Positions 9,394 through 18,316 of a DNA stretch of 32,000 nucleotides are shown piece by piece (the first letter of the stretch is position 1; the number at the start of each line of letters is the position of its first letter). Origin of the DNA: Sinorhizobium meliloti (GTDB lineage: Bacteria > Pseudomonadota > Alphaproteobacteria > Rhizobiales > Rhizobiaceae); the NCBI RefSeq assembly GCF_017876815.1, contig NZ_JAGIOS010000001.1, positions 2,490,001 to 2,522,000 on the forward strand. The letters run 5' to 3'. Below the pieces are notes generated by a model. It saw only the letters and a program-made list of their open reading frames with translations, was not told the origin of the DNA and did no database searches. The translations under genes were made by a program, and so were the position numbers.

Positions 9394-9416
9394 ATGGTTC
9401 TCGGCCATGGCTGACC

Positions 9417-9779
9417 TTACTTTGTTGGCCGGTTTCGACCCGCAGCGATGTTTTCGGTCACGAGTCGCAGCATGCGCGCCTGCGTTTTTACACCCGGCTC
9501 CTTGCGGCGGTTAACGACGTCGATCACCGACTCCGGCGAGGCCGAACCATAGGAATGCGCGAAGGCATTGATGCCGATCTCGCGGATCACCTGCTTCACC
9601 GCGACCCGCAGCTCGCCCCATTCAATGTAACGGAATTCGATCACAAGCGGCTTGCGCGGCGCGCCGAGCGCGTCGGTTTCGACGTGATTGTTTACAAGTT
9701 CGAACAATGCCTTTTCGAGAATCCGCGCAGCGCGGGTGCGATCCGCTGCCATCGGAAACGACAGCGTCACGGCAAGCAT
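9417..9779 (-). CDS. Hypothetical phage structural-module protein
   Basis: Internal ATG (MLAVTLSFPMAADRTRAARILEKALFEL...) of ORF 9417..9920. It is 120 aa, with sensible composition and position in the head-tail joining block. Confidence 0.45.
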   Translation of the reverse strand: MLAVTLSFPMAADRTRAARILEKALFELVNNHVETDALGAPRKPLVIEFRYIEWGELRVAVKQVIREIGINAFAHSYGSASPESVIDVVNRRKEPGVKTQARMLRLVTENIAAGRNRPTK

Positions 9780-9799
9780 CGCTTCGTCCAGGCGGTCGC

Positions 9800-9976
9800 T
9801 CAATTCGGTTCGTCCTCCTTCACGACGGACACGTCGCGCCACAGGTAGAAGACGGTTTTCTCGCCCTCGACATGGAACCGCTGCTGCAGGACCGGCTCGC
9901 CCTTGACGCGTTTCTTCCATCTGAGTTCGGCAAGCGGGGTCAGGACCGCACCTTTCGGAATGTCCTTTTCTTCCAT
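9800..9976 (-). CDS. Small hypothetical phage protein (58 aa)
   Basis: MEEKDIPKGAVLTPLAELRWKKRVKGEPVLQQRFHVEGEK... is preceded by a GGAGGG RBS. The upstream part of ORF 9800..10270 overlaps the neighbouring gene. Confidence 0.45.
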   Translation of the reverse strand: MEEKDIPKGAVLTPLAELRWKKRVKGEPVLQQRFHVEGEKTVFYLWRDVSVVKEDEPN

Positions 9977-10004
9977 TTCGTCACCCTCCGGCGGATAGCC
10001 GATG

Positions 10005-10391
10005 TCAGGAAAGCGCTGGTGAATAGTCCGCCATGTCCCATCTCTGCTGGACGCGCCAGCCGCGACTTTCCTCGTCATAATAGGAGATCTCCGAATCCAG
10101 CAGTCCGCCGCCAGCCGACGAGGCGACCAGATCGCGAAGCGCGATGCGGCCCTGATCGGCGAGCCTGCGAGCGCCCTCGGCGGTTTCGTCGTAATAATCC
10201 ACCTGAATGCCGGGGCGCGACAAATCGGTGTCGGTGCCGAAAAAACCGCCATACCAAACCGAAGCGACACGGTTGACGATCACCACCGGCAGCGGCGCGG
10301 GAATGTTGTCCGGCGGCTGCGGCTGCATGCCGTAGTAGACCTCGGCTGCAAGGCGAGCATCGAGCAGATCGACGATATCCTTCTCGATCAT
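10005..10391 (-). CDS. Tail completion / DUF3168-like protein
   Basis: MIEKDIVDLLDARLAAEVYYGMQPQPPDNIPAPLPVVIVNRV... Its start overlaps the upstream stop as ATGA. The position is typical for this family. Confidence 0.5.
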   Translation of the reverse strand: MIEKDIVDLLDARLAAEVYYGMQPQPPDNIPAPLPVVIVNRVASVWYGGFFGTDTDLSRPGIQVDYYDETAEGARRLADQGRIALRDLVASSAGGGLLDSEISYYDEESRGWRVQQRWDMADYSPALS

Positions 10392-10726
10392 CGTTTCGCG
10401 CCTCCGTGCTTGCAGTTCAGCAGATAGTCGTTGCGGCTCGCCGTCGGCTGCACTTCGACGATTTCGTAGACATCGCTGGTGTCGACATCGACCAGCCGCC
10501 ACGCCGGATCGATCCTCTGGCCGGGAATTTCGCGAAGCCGGATCCGGGTGGTGCCCTCGGCGAGTTCGGTGGCGGTCGCGAAATATTCGCGACCGGCTCC
10601 CGCTTCGAGGATTTGGCAATTGACCTCGGCGACCAACGCCCATGTCTTCTTGGCCGCGCCCATGGCATCGTCTGCGGTGGTGAACCGCTCGACCCGCACC
10701 CGGTGGCGCATGACACCCGCCTTCAT
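10388..10726 (-). CDS. Head-tail adaptor / head closure protein (SPP1 gp16 / HK97 gp9-like)
   Basis: MKAGVMRHRVRVERFTTADDAMGAAKKTWALVAEVNCQILEAGAGREYF...IRLREIPGQRIDPAWRLVD..VYEIVEV fits the family pattern (lrhRv.i...........w....vwa.i...sg.E). It has ATGA overlaps at both ends. Confidence 0.7.
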   Translation of the reverse strand: MKAGVMRHRVRVERFTTADDAMGAAKKTWALVAEVNCQILEAGAGREYFATATELAEGTTRIRLREIPGQRIDPAWRLVDVDTSDVYEIVEVQPTASRNDYLLNCKHGGAKR

Positions 10727-11427
10727 GGCTCGACCTCCTCGACGATCACCTTGATCTCGACGCCCGCCGGTCGCTGGATCGTCACATAGACCGTCGCAAT
10801 CGCCGGTTCCGGCGCTGGGGTTGGCGCGGCGGGCGCGAGCCATTCTCTGAGGCTCTCTTCCGTCCCGTTCCAGCGATTTCCGTCGACAGGCTCGGGGATA
10901 CCGGCGACCGGAGCACTGTCGGTATATTGCCAAAGCGACCAGCAAGGCCATGTGGCTTGAGGCCATGTCGGCGCTGCGTCCTCGGAGTACTGCGCGATCC
11001 ATAGTGACGTGTTTTCCGCGAGATAGGCATCTCTCGACTCGCCGAGCTGTTCCTTGATGGTATGGCCCGAATAAACCGTCACCTGCAGGTCTCGGCGGCA
11101 GTCGCGAATGTATTTCACCGCCGCGACCAGTTCGTCGAGCGTGGCGTCGGCTTCGTGATCGATGCAAATGCGTTCGCCCGCTTCGGGCAGGACGACGGCG
11201 AGGTAGTGTGCCATCTGCGCCTCGATCTGGCCTCCATGCAGGTAGTGATAGGACGAGACCAGCAGTCCAGCCGCCTGCGCGTCGATGCGCCGCTCGAAAA
11301 ACGTCGGGTCGATATAGGTCGTGCCCTCGGACGCCTTCATGATCACGCCGACGGTGCCAAAGCCCATGAGCGTCGGCCAGTCGGGCTCGGAATTGTGATG
11401 CGACAGATCGACGACGATCGGATTCAT
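10723..11427 (-). CDS. GH25-type lysozyme (muramidase)
   Basis: MNPIVVDLSHHNSEPDWPTLMGFGTVGVIMKASEGTTYIDPTFFERRIDAQAAGLLVSSYHYL matches the GH25 N-terminal pattern (D.S..q...dW......g..fviiKatEG..y.D..f). It has ATGA overlaps at both ends. Confidence 0.7.
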   Translation of the reverse strand: MNPIVVDLSHHNSEPDWPTLMGFGTVGVIMKASEGTTYIDPTFFERRIDAQAAGLLVSSYHYLHGGQIEAQMAHYLAVVLPEAGERICIDHEADATLDELVAAVKYIRDCRRDLQVTVYSGHTIKEQLGESRDAYLAENTSLWIAQYSEDAAPTWPQATWPCWSLWQYTDSAPVAGIPEPVDGNRWNGTEESLREWLAPAAPTPAPEPAIATVYVTIQRPAGVEIKVIVEEVEP

Positions 11428-11975
11428 GCGCGCGGCACCCAATAGGCGGTGATCAGGGAATTGGCATAGGGCGCGACGTCGACACCGCCGATCGAGACCA
11501 TCTCGCGGTTCTCGTAGAGGAAAGCGCCGATCCTGAAACAAATATCGAGGATGCCAGGCGGCAGGTCGGCTCCGGTCTCGTAGCCGGTGGCAAGCGTCAC
11601 CACCGCTAAGGCGGGCCAGCTCGCGCCCGCAACCGGCTGCAGCCACTGCCGCTCCATCTGGTCGGTGCCGACCGTGCCGACAAGCTCGAAGTCGGCGGAA
11701 ACATCCCCGCCGTCCTGATCGGTGACGACGAAATCGTCAATCGGCTGCAACGGCACTTCGACGCTGCCCGCCACGCCGGAGGGCAGGCTCCAAACGAAGC
11801 TGGCGGCAAACACATGGAATTCCGTCAACCGCTCGAAGGTATCGAAGGCGCGCGTTAACGCGGATTTCAGGTAATCGTCGTCGCGCGAAAATTCGACACG
11901 GCAATGGCTCTTGAACAAAGGCAGCAGTTCGCTGGCGAGCGCCTTTCTGTCGATGGAAATTCGCTCAAGTTTCAT
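11424..11975 (-). CDS. Head-tail connector / DNA-packaging protein (gp6-like)
   Basis: 183 aa. The N-terminus LLPLFKSHCRVEFSRDDDYLKSALTRAFDTFERLT is typical of gp6-like connectors. Confidence 0.6.
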   Translation of the reverse strand: MKLERISIDRKALASELLPLFKSHCRVEFSRDDDYLKSALTRAFDTFERLTEFHVFAASFVWSLPSGVAGSVEVPLQPIDDFVVTDQDGGDVSADFELVGTVGTDQMERQWLQPVAGASWPALAVVTLATGYETGADLPPGILDICFRIGAFLYENREMVSIGGVDVAPYANSLITAYWVPRA

Positions 11976-11978
11976 CGC

Positions 11979-13097
11979 TCACGCCCCGAGTTTGTCGACC
12001 GTCGCCGGAATGACGACTTCCACCCATTGGCCGTTCTTCCGCGCATACATCTTGCCGTCCGATGGCGCGTCGCCGAGCTTGCTATTGATGGATGTTTGCA
12101 GTGCGGCAATCCCGGCGTCATAGGTCGCCTTCGTAACGCTCGTCACCCATGCGCCGCCTTGACGCCCATAGATATTCGTGTCGTTCGGCGCGTCATTGAT
12201 CTTCCCGGCGAGCCCGGTGTTGATCGCGCTGATGTCGGTATTGTACTTCGTCAACGTGACGGTTTCGGTCCATGTGGCATTGAAGCGCGCATAGATTTTG
12301 CTGTCCGATGGCGCGTCGGAAAGCTTCGACGCCATGCCGGAATCGAACGCCGCCTTGGTGATCGACTCGATCCATGCCGCATTGCGGCGCGCATAGCTCT
12401 TGCTGTCGAGCGGCGCTTCCTCGATGCCGCCACCAGTGCCGCCGCCTTCGCCCGGCGGTCCCTGCGGACCTGTGAGATTCTGGCCGGTGTCGCCCCATAT
12501 GCCAGCGCCGCCCCATTGCCAGAGCTGGCCGGTCAAACGGTCGAGATAGGTATCGCCGAATTCCTGCCCCGGCGTGATCGGATCGCCGTCGCCCGAATAC
12601 ATTGAGACGCCGTCCATGCCCGACGGTCCCGTCGCACCCTGCGGTCCGGGCTGGCCTTGCGGCCCTTGCGGCCCTTGAAGCCCCTGCGGTCCAGGCTCGC
12701 CCTGACTGCCCTGCGCTCCCGGTTCACCAGGCTCGCCTTGCGGTCCAGCCGCGCCGACGGCGCCCTGTGGCCCCGTTGAGCCTTGCGGTCCCGGCGGTCC
12801 CGGTGGACCGGGCGGACCGGGGATTCCTTCGCCACTATCGCCGCCGCCGCCACCGCCGCCGCCTGATGTCCGCGCGACCGGCACCCACTCGCCGTTGCGG
12901 CGCGCATAGGCGGTGTCGTCGAGCGGCGTATCCTCGACCAGCGGTTCGTCGTCGACCAGCAGCTTCATTCTCTGCCCATCGAAGATCAGGGCGTCGCTGC
13001 CCGACAATCTGCCGTCGGCATCCCAGACCGCCACCTGATCTTCGGAACCGGAACCGACCATGGCGCGACGTCGAAAGGAAAGCGGCTGATCGTTCAT
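11979..13097 (-). CDS. Collagen-like repeat protein, probable tail fibre or head fibre
   Basis: A run of 11 consecutive Gly, then a Gly-X-Y block of about 85 aa ([41 protein letters not shown]...). There are five copies of a [DE][AT]P.D...Y.R.N..W motif ([85 protein letters not shown]). Confidence 0.75.
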   Translation of the reverse strand: MNDQPLSFRRRAMVGSGSEDQVAVWDADGRLSGSDALIFDGQRMKLLVDDEPLVEDTPLDDTAYARRNGEWVPVARTSGGGGGGGGDSGEGIPGPPGPPGPPGPQGSTGPQGAVGAAGPQGEPGEPGAQGSQGEPGPQGLQGPQGPQGQPGPQGATGPSGMDGVSMYSGDGDPITPGQEFGDTYLDRLTGQLWQWGGAGIWGDTGQNLTGPQGPPGEGGGTGGGIEEAPLDSKSYARRNAAWIESITKAAFDSGMASKLSDAPSDSKIYARFNATWTETVTLTKYNTDISAINTGLAGKINDAPNDTNIYGRQGGAWVTSVTKATYDAGIAALQTSINSKLGDAPSDGKMYARKNGQWVEVVIPATVDKLGA

Positions 13098-14260
13098 GCC
13101 CCGCGCTCCCGATGATAACGGTCGAAGGCCGGTGAGAGATCGACTATCACGGCGCGGCCATCGTCGAGCGTCAGGCGCAGCGTGAAGCCGTCGCAGGTGC
13201 CGCCCTTGACGCCAATGCCCGGATCGCCCTTTGCTCCAGGCGGGCCGCGCTCGCCGGGTTTGCCGCGGCTGCCTGCCTTAACGGCGAGCATCCAGTCGTC
13301 GCCGGGAAGCGGGCCGGGATCGTCACGGCGGGCGATCCATTCGGAGCCGTCGAAGGCGACGCGGTCGAGCTTCAGGTAACCAGCCTTCGGATCGTAAAGC
13401 CCGCGCGCCTCGCCAGCGTGAGCGTCCTTGCCCTTTAACGCGACCGGCGACCAATCGTCGTGCGGCGGGCGGCGGGCGGTGTCGCGGCGCGCACAAAAGG
13501 TCGAGCCTTCGCAATGGACGAGCTGGCCGCTATGAAAGACGCTGCCGTCGATCCATTCGCTCGGCGGCTCGAATGTGCCCTTCTCGCCGCGTTCGCCCTT
13601 TTCGCCGCGCGGTCCCGGCGGTCCGGTCTCGCCGCGAAGGCCGCGCGGTCCCATTTCACCTTGCAGGCCCTGATCGCCGCGCTCGCCCTTTTCGCCGCGT
13701 TCGCCCCGTTCACCCCGTTCGCCGCGCTCGCCTTGATCTCCGGGCGGTCCCTCTTTTCCATCCGTACCATCTTTGCCTGGTGCCCCGTCGTCCCCATCTT
13801 TACCCGGTGGGCCGGGATCGCCTTTTTCGCCCTGTTCGCCCTTTTCGCCTTGAGGGCCGGTCGGGCCGGTTTCGCCCTGCGGGCCGGGATCACCCTGAAG
13901 TCCCGGCTCGCCGGTTTCGCCGCGTTCACCGCGCTCGCCATTTTCGCCGCGCTTGCCGTTATCTCCGGGCGGTCCCTCTTTTCCATCCGCACCATCTTTG
14001 CCTGGTGCCCCGTCGTTCCCATCTTTACCCGGCGGGCCGGGATCGCCTTTTTCGCCCTGTTCGCCGCGCTCGCCTTGCGCTCCGGGCATGCCGTCGCGAA
14101 CCGCCGCGACACGTTCGGAAAGATCAAGAACAATCGTCTTCTGCTCGGCCCTGAGCTCGGCGATGACGGCTGCCACCGCATTGCTCACCCGGTCGCGTTC
14201 CTCGGCGAAACGTGTTCCGAGAAAGCGCAACATTTCATTGAAGCGGTCGCCAGCCATCAT
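13094..14260 (-). CDS. Collagen-like repeat protein with a globular C-terminal domain
   Basis: The start [13 protein letters not shown] is preceded by GGAGGA; the upstream part of ORF 13094..14572 overlaps the portal gene. It has a long Gly-X-Y region containing an internal duplication. Its stop overlaps the next gene's start as ATGA. Confidence 0.7.
   Translation of the reverse strand: MMAGDRFNEMLRFLGTRFAEERDRVSNAVAAVIAELRAEQKTIVLDLSERVAAVRDGMPGAQGERGEQGEKGDPGPPGKDGNDGAPGKDGADGKEGPPGDNGKRGENGERGERGETGEPGLQGDPGPQGETGPTGPQGEKGEQGEKGDPGPPGKDGDDGAPGKDGTDGKEGPPGDQGERGERGERGERGEKGERGDQGLQGEMGPRGLRGETGPPGPRGEKGERGEKGTFEPPSEWIDGSVFHSGQLVHCEGSTFCARRDTARRPPHDDWSPVALKGKDAHAGEARGLYDPKAGYLKLDRVAFDGSEWIARRDDPGPLPGDDWMLAVKAGSRGKPGERGPPGAKGDPGIGVKGGTCDGFTLRLTLDDGRAVIVDLSPAFDRYHRERGA
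13736..14065. repeat. Direct repeat inside the collagen-like gene: 105-nt copies at 13736..13840 and 13961..14065 (period 225 bp, 3 mismatches)
   Basis: Direct comparison of atctccgggcggtccctcttttccatccg[t/c]accatctttgcctggtgccccgtcgt[c/t]cccatctttacccgg[t/c]gggccgggatcgcctttttcgccctgttcgcc. Confidence 0.9.
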
Positions 14261-15653
14261 GGTCCTCCATGCCAGCGAAGAACGCCGTGAAATCCAGTTG
14301 CTGTTTTTCCTCTTCCGGCTCTTCCGGCTCCGCTGCTGGCGGCGGCGCGGGCGCGGCTGGCGTTGCCGGTTGTTCCGCTGTCCTCGCCCATGCGGACAAT
14401 GGCACCACCTGCTGCTGCACGCGCGGCTCGTTGCCGTAGGGAGTCGTCGGCAGATCCTCGCTGTTGCGCGCTTCGTCCGGTGCGAAGACGCCACCCTGGA
14501 CGCCGCGCACCAGGGCTTCGATTCGGTCCTTGTATGCCACCCGCAAAAGCGCTCTCGTATCGAATTCAACATATTCGTCGGGCCATCCCTTTAGGCCGAA
14601 GAACTGGTCGAACGCCACCTCGATATGGTTGATGGCGAAGCCAAGCCCGCGCGACAGCCAGAATTGCATCAGCGCTTCTGTCGAGGAAAACGTGCCTTGC
14701 TCCGCGAGGCCGAGGATCGCTGGCGGCACGCCGTAGACCATGAAAATTTCGTTTTGCGTCAGCTTCAACGCCTCGGCGACTTCCGCCTCCTTGGCGCTCA
14801 TGGCGATGCCGCGGAATTTCAGGCCGTTGGTGAGGATCGGCGGACCGCCGCCGAGATTGTCGACGCCACGCCACGCATCGTTCAGGCGCTGGCGCAATTC
14901 GGTCACCTGCGCCTTGGTAAGATTGAGTTCGGTTTCGACGACGCCAGGCGGTCGGTTCATGTTGCTGAAAAAGTTGATGAGTTGCGATCCGATTGCCGCC
15001 TGCGCGGCTATGGCCATTTCGGCATGGCGCAGCGGCGGAATGCCGACGAGCGGTTCGCCGGGTTTTGCTTCGAGCTTGATGTGCAGCACGTCGCGGGCAG
15101 GGGCGACGCCATATTCGCGGGCGCGGCCTTGGCTTTCGAGCACGTTGTTTCCGGCGAGTTCGTAAAAGATGCCGCCTTCCGTCGAGATCACCGGCTTCGA
15201 CTGTCTCGGATCAAACGGGTGCAGCTGATCGACCTCGAAGCGGTTGTTGCGCTCGGCCAGATGGTAGGTGTTGCCTTCGATATAGAGATCGCGAACGAGG
15301 TTCATGACGAAGTCGGATCGCGACTGATATTCGTTCGGGCTTCTGAGGATCCGGGACAGCGCCGAATTGGTCACGCGCTCGCGCCCGCCGTTTGGCAGCG
15401 TCTTCCAATGGTCGCCGGGGCATTGAGCGATGGTCTGCGCATAGGCCGCGACGCATGCCTCGACGACGGCCCCGCGAGCGCCTGAGACGGGATCGTATCC
15501 CATCTGCCAGAAGTTCGAGTATTGCCCCCATGCCTGCGGCAGGACGCCATCGGGGTTCATGACCACCCAGGGCCCCTCGCGATATTCACCCTCGCGCGGC
15601 AGCTCGGACGACCGCCGGAATGGTTTCAGCAGTTGCTGAATGATCCCCGGCAT
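14235..15653 (-). CDS. Portal protein (HK97 family)
   Basis: 472 aa. SALSRILRSPNEYQSRSDFVMNLVRDLYIEGNTY...GVVETELNLTKAQVTELRQRLNDAW...PILTNGLKFRGIAMSAKEAEVAEALKLTQNEIFMVYGVPPAILG is the typical Phage_portal pattern. Confidence 0.85.
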   Translation of the reverse strand: MPGIIQQLLKPFRRSSELPREGEYREGPWVVMNPDGVLPQAWGQYSNFWQMGYDPVSGARGAVVEACVAAYAQTIAQCPGDHWKTLPNGGRERVTNSALSRILRSPNEYQSRSDFVMNLVRDLYIEGNTYHLAERNNRFEVDQLHPFDPRQSKPVISTEGGIFYELAGNNVLESQGRAREYGVAPARDVLHIKLEAKPGEPLVGIPPLRHAEMAIAAQAAIGSQLINFFSNMNRPPGVVETELNLTKAQVTELRQRLNDAWRGVDNLGGGPPILTNGLKFRGIAMSAKEAEVAEALKLTQNEIFMVYGVPPAILGLAEQGTFSSTEALMQFWLSRGLGFAINHIEVAFDQFFGLKGWPDEYVEFDTRALLRVAYKDRIEALVRGVQGGVFAPDEARNSEDLPTTPYGNEPRVQQQVVPLSAWARTAEQPATPAAPAPPPAAEPEEPEEEKQQLDFTAFFAGMEDHDGWRPLQ

Positions 15654-15656
15654 CGA

Positions 15657-15971
15657 TCATTCTTTCGTTTCGCTCTGGCGTGTCTTGTAGGTTGCGCCCT
15701 TCTCGGGCTCGGGCGTCGCCGCCTTTTCGGCTGCCGTCTGTTCCTGCTTTGCCTTCGGCTTTGACGGCTCGTCTTCGCCGCGCAGTTTGCGCGCCGCCTT
15801 TTCCGCCGCCGCTGCCGCCTTGTTGTGGTCGACCTGTTTTGTTTCGGCTGCCGGACCGTAAGGGTCGCGCGCCCATCCGTCCGAGATCGCCGACTTCGCA
15901 TCGGCCTCGTCGAGCGCGATGATGCGACCGGCATAGGGGCCAAACAGCGCTTCGACATGTTTTGTCGCCAT
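15657..15971 (-). CDS. Hypothetical protein (104 aa, Lys/Ala/Glu-rich C-terminus)
   Basis: ATG preceded by GGAGGA. It lies between the capsid and portal genes, and its stop is 3 nt from the portal start. Confidence 0.5.
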   Translation of the reverse strand: MATKHVEALFGPYAGRIIALDEADAKSAISDGWARDPYGPAAETKQVDHNKAAAAAEKAARKLRGEDEPSKPKAKQEQTAAEKAATPEPEKGATYKTRQSETKE

Positions 15972-15992
15972 GATCGTTCCTCCAGAAAAGAA

Positions 15993-16019
15993 CCGGGCGG
16001 CGCGTTAGGAGCCACCCGG
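15993..16019 (-). terminator. Intrinsic-terminator-like hairpin just downstream of the capsid gene
   Basis: The minus-strand RNA reads CCGGGUGG-cuccuaacgcg-CCGCCCGG (8 bp including one G-U pair) followed by UUCUUUUC. Confidence 0.5.
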
Positions 16020-16046
16020 CGAAGTGGGGGAGATTGGGGTTTCCCC

Positions 16047-17984
16047 TCACCAGGTCACATTTTCCATCCATGCGACCATGCCGGCACGGCGCATCGACCA
16101 GTTCATGTCGAGCAGCATGCGCACGCCGATGGAGGCCGTCTGCCACAGCGAGCGGACCGGGCTCGCGGTGACCGGAGTGCCGCCGCCGCCGACGATGGGC
16201 AGTGGCGTCGTGTCTTCCTCGTGGATCGTCGCCTGGTCGGAGACGTCGTATTCGGGCATGTCGCCGGTCGCCGAGGCGAAGTCGGCGGCATCGACGGCGA
16301 TCACCGTGTTGACGGGCACGGTCGGCGAGACAATGAACCGCAGATTGAGACGGCGGCCTGCCTCATCGGTCGACGAGAACATGAACTCGCCGGTGTTCGT
16401 CTGCTGGAAGGCAATCGCAATCGCCTGTGCCGGATTGATCAGCACGGCGATGTTGCGACCGCCGCGGCTGGCGGTAATTGCGGTCACCAGTTTCTTGAGA
16501 TCGGCGATCATTGCCAGCGGGTCGGTTTCGTCGTTTGGCGTCAACGGCGCGACGCCGTTCAGCAGTCCAGCCGGACGGATTGCCGTAGCCGGGTTTGCGT
16601 CGATCAGCGTCGTGTCGACGGTGACCGCCGTATCCTCGGCCATGGCCTCGCGCAGCACACCTTCAATCGACGGAGTCGAATGCGCGGCAAGCTCGCGGGT
16701 GAAGGTCGAGATGACGCCGAGTTTCTTCGGCACCAGGGTGATCGACGTGAAGCCGACCCGGCGGACCGGAATGGGTTCGCCTTCACCGACCCACGCGCCC
16801 GAGACGTTCGGCGTAGCGGCGCGCGACGGGATCTTGATCTGGCCGTTGCGCCCGAAGGTGAAACGCGCGCCCATTGACGACAGCGCCGGATAGATTGAGT
16901 CGCGCGGCAGCAGATCGAGATAGTCGCCGACGGCCTGCTGCACCAGTTCCTGTGCCCATGTCGGCACGTCGGTCTTGGCCGGGTTGACCGCTGCCCGGAC
17001 CATGATCTGCACGGCATCGTCGTTCGGATAGACCGCCTTCAGAATAGCGTCCGGGGCCTGCTTGTGGACATGCGCCAGGAATTGCACGACCGCGCCGCGA
17101 ACGAGCAGATCGCGGGGCTGAAATTTCTTTGCCGGGACGGCGTAGGGCCGTTTTTCCGACAACGCTGCCTGCTTGGTCTCTGGCGGCGGTTGATGTTCGA
17201 TGGCGCGGACAGCAATCGCCTGTTCGATCTTCCTGTCGCGCTCCAATCCAGCTTCAAGGTCGGCGATCTGGTCCGGCAGTTCCGCCATCAGGCCGCTTTG
17301 ATCCTCGTCGGGCTCGTCGAGATTCGACAGTTCGACGAGCTGGTCCTTCAGATTTTTGATGTGTTTTTGCGCGTCCTCGATGCGCTTTGCGAGTTTAGAC
17401 ATGGTATTTGCCCCGGACTTTGCGGGTGGCTGACTGGCGAGCTTGCCGGGGGAGGGAGCCGACGCGGGCAACGGCGCACGGGCGATCTTGCCGCGCAATT
17501 GTTCGCGAATTTCGGCGGAAAGTGCGAAGCTCCTGCCGACCTGCAGCGCGTTCGGATTCGCCGGAACGGCGACGAGCGAGCATTCGACGAGCTTGTTCTT
17601 GATGTAGCGGAACGGCCCCCAGTTGGGATCGGCCTTGGAATCCAGCGGCTCGGATTCGAGCGGATAAAAGCCGACCGAGACGGCGCGCAGGATGCCCTGG
17701 TCGCGCAGGCGGCGGACTTCGTCGACGAGCCTCGACGTGCCTTCGACGGCGAGCCGCAGTCGGCCTATCAGCCGTCCCTTTTCGACACGGACGTTTTCCC
17801 ATGCGCCGACGATGGCGCTCTGGTTGTGGTTGAACAGGGCAATCGGGTTGCGCTTGAATTCACCGAGATCCCAGCCGTCGGCGGCGATCACGTCGCCGTA
17901 GCGGTCAACGGTCTCATCCGAGAGCACGTATTCGAGCGGGTCGGTTTCGGATTGCTTCGCAGCGCGGTAGACGAGACCTTGCAT
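16047..17984 (-). CDS. Prohead protease (HK97/S78-type) fused in frame to an HK97-family major capsid protein
   Basis: N-terminal part: EYVLSDETVDRYGDVIAADGWDLGEFKRNPIALFNHNQSAIVG...ILRAVSVGFYP...ECSLVAVPANPNAL. Coiled-coil linker: MSKLAKRIEDAQKHIKNLKDQLVELS. C-terminal part: GVISTFTRELAAHSTPSIEGVLREAMAEDTAVTVDTTLID...SLWQTASIGVRMLLDMNW. It is one uninterrupted 645-codon frame. Confidence 0.85.
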   Translation of the reverse strand: MQGLVYRAAKQSETDPLEYVLSDETVDRYGDVIAADGWDLGEFKRNPIALFNHNQSAIVGAWENVRVEKGRLIGRLRLAVEGTSRLVDEVRRLRDQGILRAVSVGFYPLESEPLDSKADPNWGPFRYIKNKLVECSLVAVPANPNALQVGRSFALSAEIREQLRGKIARAPLPASAPSPGKLASQPPAKSGANTMSKLAKRIEDAQKHIKNLKDQLVELSNLDEPDEDQSGLMAELPDQIADLEAGLERDRKIEQAIAVRAIEHQPPPETKQAALSEKRPYAVPAKKFQPRDLLVRGAVVQFLAHVHKQAPDAILKAVYPNDDAVQIMVRAAVNPAKTDVPTWAQELVQQAVGDYLDLLPRDSIYPALSSMGARFTFGRNGQIKIPSRAATPNVSGAWVGEGEPIPVRRVGFTSITLVPKKLGVISTFTRELAAHSTPSIEGVLREAMAEDTAVTVDTTLIDANPATAIRPAGLLNGVAPLTPNDETDPLAMIADLKKLVTAITASRGGRNIAVLINPAQAIAIAFQQTNTGEFMFSSTDEAGRRLNLRFIVSPTVPVNTVIAVDAADFASATGDMPEYDVSDQATIHEEDTTPLPIVGGGGTPVTASPVRSLWQTASIGVRMLLDMNWSMRRAGMVAWMENVTW

Positions 17985-18025
17985 GGTGCCAAGCCTTGAA
18001 GTTGCTTGGCTGGTTCATTTACACC

Positions 18026-18235
18026 CTACCGGCGTAACATGTCCGTTACAGCGGTGCGGCGAACGGCGAGCGATTTCAGGCGGATCACGGTGTCGTAGGA
18101 GGGCCGGGAGGTTTCGCCATTGGCGATCCGCCACACGGTCATGCGCGAGAGACCCGATTCTCGGGCGATCTCGGTCGGCGTCATGCCTTGGCTTTCCAGT
18201 CCGGCAATGATGGCGGCGAATTCTTCCGGCTTCAT
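18026..18235 (-). CDS. Small HTH DNA-binding protein (Xre/Cro-like)
   Basis: 69 aa. GMTPTEIARESGLSRMTVWRIANGET is a classic helix-turn-helix. Confidence 0.65.
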   Translation of the reverse strand: MKPEEFAAIIAGLESQGMTPTEIARESGLSRMTVWRIANGETSRPSYDTVIRLKSLAVRRTAVTDMLRR

Positions 18236-18251
18236 AAATACCGAGTATAGC

Positions 18252-18316
18252 AGCGGAAACGTGTCAAGCGGAAATCGGTGTTATGATCGCCTTGTGCCTG
18301 AGAGGTACAGCGGAAG
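18252..18316. promoter_or_regulatory. Three AGCGGAA(A/G) direct repeats in the divergent intergenic region next to the HTH gene; candidate operators
   Basis: AGCGGAAA at 18252..18259 and at 18267..18274, and AGCGGAAG at 18309..18316. A TATGAT hexamer lies at 18281..18286. Confidence 0.25.

Noticed and set aside
13435-14290. Multiple 190-280-aa ORFs in other frames and on the other strand over the collagen-like gene
   Set aside because: The triplet periodicity of the Gly-X-Y DNA keeps several frames open. Only the Gly-X-Y frame continues into a non-repetitive N- and C-terminus with an RBS and ATGA coupling.
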